The notes below the pieces were generated by a model. It was given only the letters and a program-made list of their open reading frames with translations, did not search any database and had not been told where the DNA came from. From Ignavibacteriota bacterium (GTDB lineage: Bacteria; Bacteroidota; Ignavibacteria; UBA10030; CAVZMI01), in NCBI GenBank assembly GCA_963776275.1, contig CAVZMI010000036.1:1-11569 (forward strand): a DNA stretch of 11,569 bases. The letters are read 5' to 3'. A program made the translations under genes and the position numbers. Below are positions 7,654-11,569 of the stretch, one piece after another (the stretch's first letter is position 1; every line of letters begins with the position of its first letter).

Positions 7654-8826
7654 CTACTCCCAGACGCCCGGAATTTTTTCGTTACAAAATTCGCACTTCC
7701 CCTTCACAATATGATTTTGAAGGATTGAAAAACCCCGGCGCTCAATAATCATTTTTTTGCATTTATGGCAATAGGTGTTTTCAGCATCGTGATGTGGGAC
7801 GTTCCCGATATAAACATACCGGACACCTGCTTTCATTGCGATCTCCCGGGCACTTTCCAGCGTCGGAACCGGCGTCAATGGAAGCTGCGTAAGCTTGTAC
7901 AACGGAGTAAAACGCGAGAAAAAGAGCGGCGAGTCCTGCAATCCATTCGCACACAGCCACTCGCACATCCGTTTGATCATATCACGGTCATCCGTCCAGG
8001 TTGGTATCACAAGATTGGTAATTTCCAGCCAGACTCCCTCCTCCCGGATAACTTTAAGGGCCCGGAGCACCGGTGCAAGTTTTCCTTCGCTTAACTTCGC
8101 ATAGATCTCTTCGCTATAACTCTTGAGATCGATATTCGCCGCATCCAGATATTTGCACAACCGTCTGAGCGGCATTTCATTGATAAAACCGTTCGATTTA
8201 AAGACATTCCGAATCTTTTTCTCTTTTGCGATTTTTGCAGTATCAAGAACGTACTCATAAAACGTGATCGGTTCCGAGTAGGTATAGGCAATTGATTCAC
8301 ATTTTGTACTGACACACTGCTCGACAACAGCTTCAGGTGAAAGATCGTCGTTGATTGTCTCACGCGGACTCACCTGCGAGATCTGCCAGTTCTGGCAATT
8401 CAGGCAGCGGAAATTGCATCCTGCAACGGCAATCGAGAAGGCACGTGTCGACGGAAGAAAATGATTGAGGGGCTTTTTCTCAATCGGATCGATATGAACA
8501 GCGCAAGGATTTCCATACGCGATTGTATACAGTTTTCCATCATTACATATCCGGCTCCGGCATCGTCCGCTCTCCCCTTCCGCAAGGTTGCACCCATGCG
8601 GACATTTAAAACATTTCACTCCGCCTGAAGTCTTACTATAAAAGAGAGCTTCCTTGCTCCATTTCCCGAGGTCATCATTCCCCGGACTTCCCTGTTCATA
8701 TAAAGAAACCGATTTTGCCAACGAATCGAAATGGTTTAGTCCTATTGCGATTCCCGTCATCCCGCAGAGACATTGCTTGATAAAACGTCTCTTCGAGATT
8801 CCATTTATGTCAACACGGTCACACAT
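7654..8826 (-). CDS. amrS: AmmeMemoRadiSam system radical SAM enzyme, with Tat-like N-terminal extension
   Basis: CNFRCLNC (CxxxCxxC) within GCNFRCLNCQNWQISQ; IDPIEKKPLNHFLP; AYTYSEP; AANIDLK; YVYIGNV; N-terminal CxxCPxxC and C-terminal CxxC...CxxC motifs; AMMECR1 gene in the same operon. Confidence 0.92.
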   Translation of the reverse strand: MCDRVDINGISKRRFIKQCLCGMTGIAIGLNHFDSLAKSVSLYEQGSPGNDDLGKWSKEALFYSKTSGGVKCFKCPHGCNLAEGESGRCRSRICNDGKLYTIAYGNPCAVHIDPIEKKPLNHFLPSTRAFSIAVAGCNFRCLNCQNWQISQVSPRETINDDLSPEAVVEQCVSTKCESIAYTYSEPITFYEYVLDTAKIAKEKKIRNVFKSNGFINEMPLRRLCKYLDAANIDLKSYSEEIYAKLSEGKLAPVLRALKVIREEGVWLEITNLVIPTWTDDRDMIKRMCEWLCANGLQDSPLFFSRFTPLYKLTQLPLTPVPTLESAREIAMKAGVRYVYIGNVPHHDAENTYCHKCKKMIIERRGFSILQNHIVKGKCEFCNEKIPGVWE

Positions 8827-10954
8827 GGATTTTTTGTCCTGTAAAAGAAATGACAGCGCTCACTATACTCAATAATGCGATAACGAAAAAAGCCACAGCC
8901 ATGCCTGCCACCGGAACCAGAAAAACAGATACACCGATGGCACCGATAGCAGAACCTAGAAGATCGACGCCATATAGTGTCGATGTTACATGAGAAATTG
9001 TTCCACGATACAATCGTACAGCGATTGAGAATTCCAGTCCGATCAGCACGCTGATTACCAACGTTAATAATATAAATATACAATAAATCGTGAATGTACC
9101 AAATTGAATCTCGCGGAGCAGCATTAGAATCCCCGGTAGCATTATTGCATACACCGCAATAATTAATTGGACACGGCCGAATTGGACGACGGAGGGCCGC
9201 TCGAAATATTTCTGTGCGTACCATGATCCCATCGCCAACCCGCCCATGAATACGGTGATAATACATCCCGTGGCCTGATACATGATACCGTAAAGAATTT
9301 GGAATGAAAATAGAAGCAGTACTTCAATCCCGGATGCTGCAAGCCCTGTTGTCAACATCCCGAAACTAACGGCATTGAGTTTTCGGAGAATTAACCCTAT
9401 AAGGATAAGAATGATACATATAGGTATCCACAGCGTTAAATTTGAATAACTTAGCCAGTAGAGTAACTGATGATAATATGCGACGGGAGTGAAATCCAAG
9501 TTCAGAGAAGCATGAGGATCCAGCCGGTTGAGAATCTCATCGCTCCTTTGACGGGCGGACACATCGTCGACATAGTCCCGGTTCACATATTCTGTCTGAA
9601 TACCGCGCCGTGCTATAAGTTCCGTTATATCGATCGAAAGAGAATCATCCGATGCCAGGAAAAAATTCTTCGAACCCGGAACAATCAGAATATGCGCGAA
9701 TTGATCTTTGAGGGTTCGCACGATGGTTGAGTAGACCGCAATCGCTGCAGGACTGAAATAATCTGCCGAAGAATGCATACTCAGCGATATGACTGCACCC
9801 GGAGCAAGCCGCTTTTTCAAATCGCGGAAAAATTCCAGAGTGTAATAGCGATTGATCTGGGCAGTTGAAGGATCGGAGACGTTAACTAGAACAACATCGT
9901 ATCGTTCCTGGGTTTCCCGTACAAACCGCCGCGCATCGAACGTCAGGACATTGAATCGGCGATCCAGTACCTTTGGAATCAATTGTCTTCCGATCTCGAT
10001 CAACCAGGGATTTAATTCGACATAATCGATTCTGTCGACATTATATTTTAGAATCTCTGCCGGGATTCCCGATATACCTCCTGAAATCAGAAGTACCTTT
10101 CGGGGTCGGGGATGTTGAACCATCGCATAATGGACTGCCTCCTCATCGGCCGTCACATCATTCATCGACCAGAGTAAAATTCCATTTTCAAAAATATTTT
10201 TCTGATTATCCTGGGAGGTGACGGTGATTGTCCCATAAGGCGTATCCCGGTGAACAATCACACGCTGCCCTTCGTAAAGATAACTTTTCATAATGGTATC
10301 AAGATCCACATTGAGAAGCACTCCGACGCATACTACGCCGAGAAGAAGGCTTGAATATCTAATTGTCCTGTATGATGATCCGGGCGAGAGTATGAAAACC
10401 GTGCCCAGAAGAATCAGCGCGATAATCAATAATGCCTGCGATGTCGTGCAGTATACGAGTAATATTAGATTCAGAAGTATTCCTCCAACCACACTTCCGA
10501 CGGCTTCCAATGCGTACGCACGAGCAATGGTATTTCTCGCATAGTGTTCCGAAAGAGTTTGAGCGCACAGAGTGAATGCATACCCGGAGAGAATACAATA
10601 TGGCAACAACAATAAAAATGAAACGATGAAACTCGATGTAACTCCGATCATTGTCCCGGGAGAAAAAAGAATATTCCGTCCGTAGTTAAAAACGAAGATT
10701 GTGGTCAGGGGAAGGATTGACAGCAGCAAAAGGATCAGAAGAATCGCATGATGTCGATAATGTGTTATTACCGCGAATCTTCCCCCATAGGCACCGATCC
10801 CTGTCAGTATCATCCAGTTTGCAAGAACGATGCCGATAACCAGCTCATTTCCATAGAAGAGAGAAAGGCACTCCCGCAGAAAAATTGTCTGAGTGATAAT
10901 GGCACCGAATCCGAACGCGCCAATCGCTATGTCACATTTTTTTTGCTGCAGCAT
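8819..10954 (-). CDS. Fused membrane (MFS-like) / spermidine-synthase-like SAM-binding protein
   Basis: Several N-terminal TM helices (QTIFLRE...GNEL...; AYALEAVGSVVGG), a central Rossmann domain (DTPYGTI, EEAVHYAMVQHPRPRKVLLISGG, DYVELNP, DARRFV, YDVVLVN, YYTLEFF..LKKRLAPG), and a second TM bundle (FQILYG..Y; LYGVDLLGSAIG). The stop overlaps the amrS start. Confidence 0.85.
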   Translation of the reverse strand: MLQQKKCDIAIGAFGFGAIITQTIFLRECLSLFYGNELVIGIVLANWMILTGIGAYGGRFAVITHYRHHAILLILLLLSILPLTTIFVFNYGRNILFSPGTMIGVTSSFIVSFLLLLPYCILSGYAFTLCAQTLSEHYARNTIARAYALEAVGSVVGGILLNLILLVYCTTSQALLIIALILLGTVFILSPGSSYRTIRYSSLLLGVVCVGVLLNVDLDTIMKSYLYEGQRVIVHRDTPYGTITVTSQDNQKNIFENGILLWSMNDVTADEEAVHYAMVQHPRPRKVLLISGGISGIPAEILKYNVDRIDYVELNPWLIEIGRQLIPKVLDRRFNVLTFDARRFVRETQERYDVVLVNVSDPSTAQINRYYTLEFFRDLKKRLAPGAVISLSMHSSADYFSPAAIAVYSTIVRTLKDQFAHILIVPGSKNFFLASDDSLSIDITELIARRGIQTEYVNRDYVDDVSARQRSDEILNRLDPHASLNLDFTPVAYYHQLLYWLSYSNLTLWIPICIILILIGLILRKLNAVSFGMLTTGLAASGIEVLLLFSFQILYGIMYQATGCIITVFMGGLAMGSWYAQKYFERPSVVQFGRVQLIIAVYAIMLPGILMLLREIQFGTFTIYCIFILLTLVISVLIGLEFSIAVRLYRGTISHVTSTLYGVDLLGSAIGAIGVSVFLVPVAGMAVAFFVIALLSIVSAVISFTGQKIHV

Positions 10955-10956
10955 TA

Positions 10957-11569
10957 CTACTTCGCACTCTCATTCTCACCAAACACGAGTGCCTCATACA
11001 CAAAAATCTCCGCATCTTTCCATCCGTCCCAACCGATCCCGGCTTTGTCCTGGGCGCAGTGTCCAAGAAATTCTTCTTTCGACCATCCCGTCTCAGACGC
11101 GACCTGAGGCAGGAATGTCCCCGATCGCCCTCCCTTCCGGATATAAATCCCGTGCCTGCCCAGCGTGATTTCGTCGATGGAGTGAATTTTCTTCATAGGC
11201 GTCAAAACTGAGATTTCAACTTCAAGAGATCCAAGCTCCGACGATTCGACAGGACGGAACCTCGGGTCTTCGGTTGCAGAAGCAATTGCCATCGACTGAA
11301 CGACCTTGTACAGAGGCTCGCTTGCGTCGAACCGGCCAATGCATCCTCTCAAAATACCTTGCTTCTTCAGGGTCACGAAGGCACCGCATGGTGTCATGAG
11401 TGCAGAAGATATCGAAGATGCATCGATGGCCGGCGTTTCCTGCTTTTCGATATAATTATCGAGCGTTTTTCGAACGATGGACAATAATTCTTTTTTCTCC
11501 CCTTCTGAAAGATTGAATCCTTGACCGTGATTCCTCCTGATCGAGCGATACGGCAATTGCGTGATAACC
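10957..11569 (-). CDS. amrA: AmmeMemoRadiSam protein A (AMMECR1 domain), probably the C-terminus of a MEMO(AmrB)-AMMECR1(AmrA) fusion continuing beyond the right edge
   Basis: GAFVTLKK...LRGCIG, AIASATEDPRF, LEVEISVLTP, GRHGIYI, GTFLPQVA..E motifs. The frame is open to the window edge; the adjacent frame at the edge reads GYHAIAV, resembling the final strand of MEMO domains. Confidence 0.9.
   Translation of the reverse strand, partial: VITQLPYRSIRRNHGQGFNLSEGEKKELLSIVRKTLDNYIEKQETPAIDASSISSALMTPCGAFVTLKKQGILRGCIGRFDASEPLYKVVQSMAIASATEDPRFRPVESSELGSLEVEISVLTPMKKIHSIDEITLGRHGIYIRKGGRSGTFLPQVASETGWSKEEFLGHCAQDKAGIGWDGWKDAEIFVYEALVFGENESAK

Noticed and set aside
714-8826. Idea that the small Tat peptide is the substrate of the Tat-like radical SAM
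   Set aside because: About 7 kb apart, on opposite strands and separated by unrelated genes; AmrS shows no SPASM/RRE features of peptide maturases.
8805-9266. 153-aa alternative-frame ORF within the membrane protein gene
   Set aside because: Cys/Arg-rich off-frame reading of hydrophobic codons; not protein-like.
1-11569. CRISPR array, tRNA or rRNA genes
   Set aside because: No regularly spaced repeats, cloverleaf or rRNA signatures seen in the intergenic regions.

Overview
The window has two parts. The left ~3.3 kb is accessory: the 5' end of an IS5-family element running off the left edge, a small Tat-signal ORF with its own terminator, and a minus-strand cassette encoding an XRE repressor, an ImmA/IrrE metallopeptidase and an AT-rich standalone SIR2-like protein. 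The cassette is driven by a perfect-consensus sigma70 promoter overlapped by a palindromic operator, and the repressor gene carries a 1-bp frameshift. The right ~8 kb is all minus strand: a K+-independent-type membrane pyrophosphatase (hppA) with a structured 5' leader, pdxB, and an AmmeMemoRadiSam locus. In that locus a large membrane protein with a degenerate spermidine-synthase-like domain is translationally coupled between the AMMECR1-domain gene (probably a frameshifted MEMO-AMMECR1 fusion) and a radical SAM gene bearing a Tat-like N-terminus. The best candidates for undescribed systems are (1) the XRE-IrrE-SIR2 putative stress-inducible defence module and (2) the extended AmmeMemoRadiSam operon. 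All calls come from reading motifs by eye; no database searches were run.
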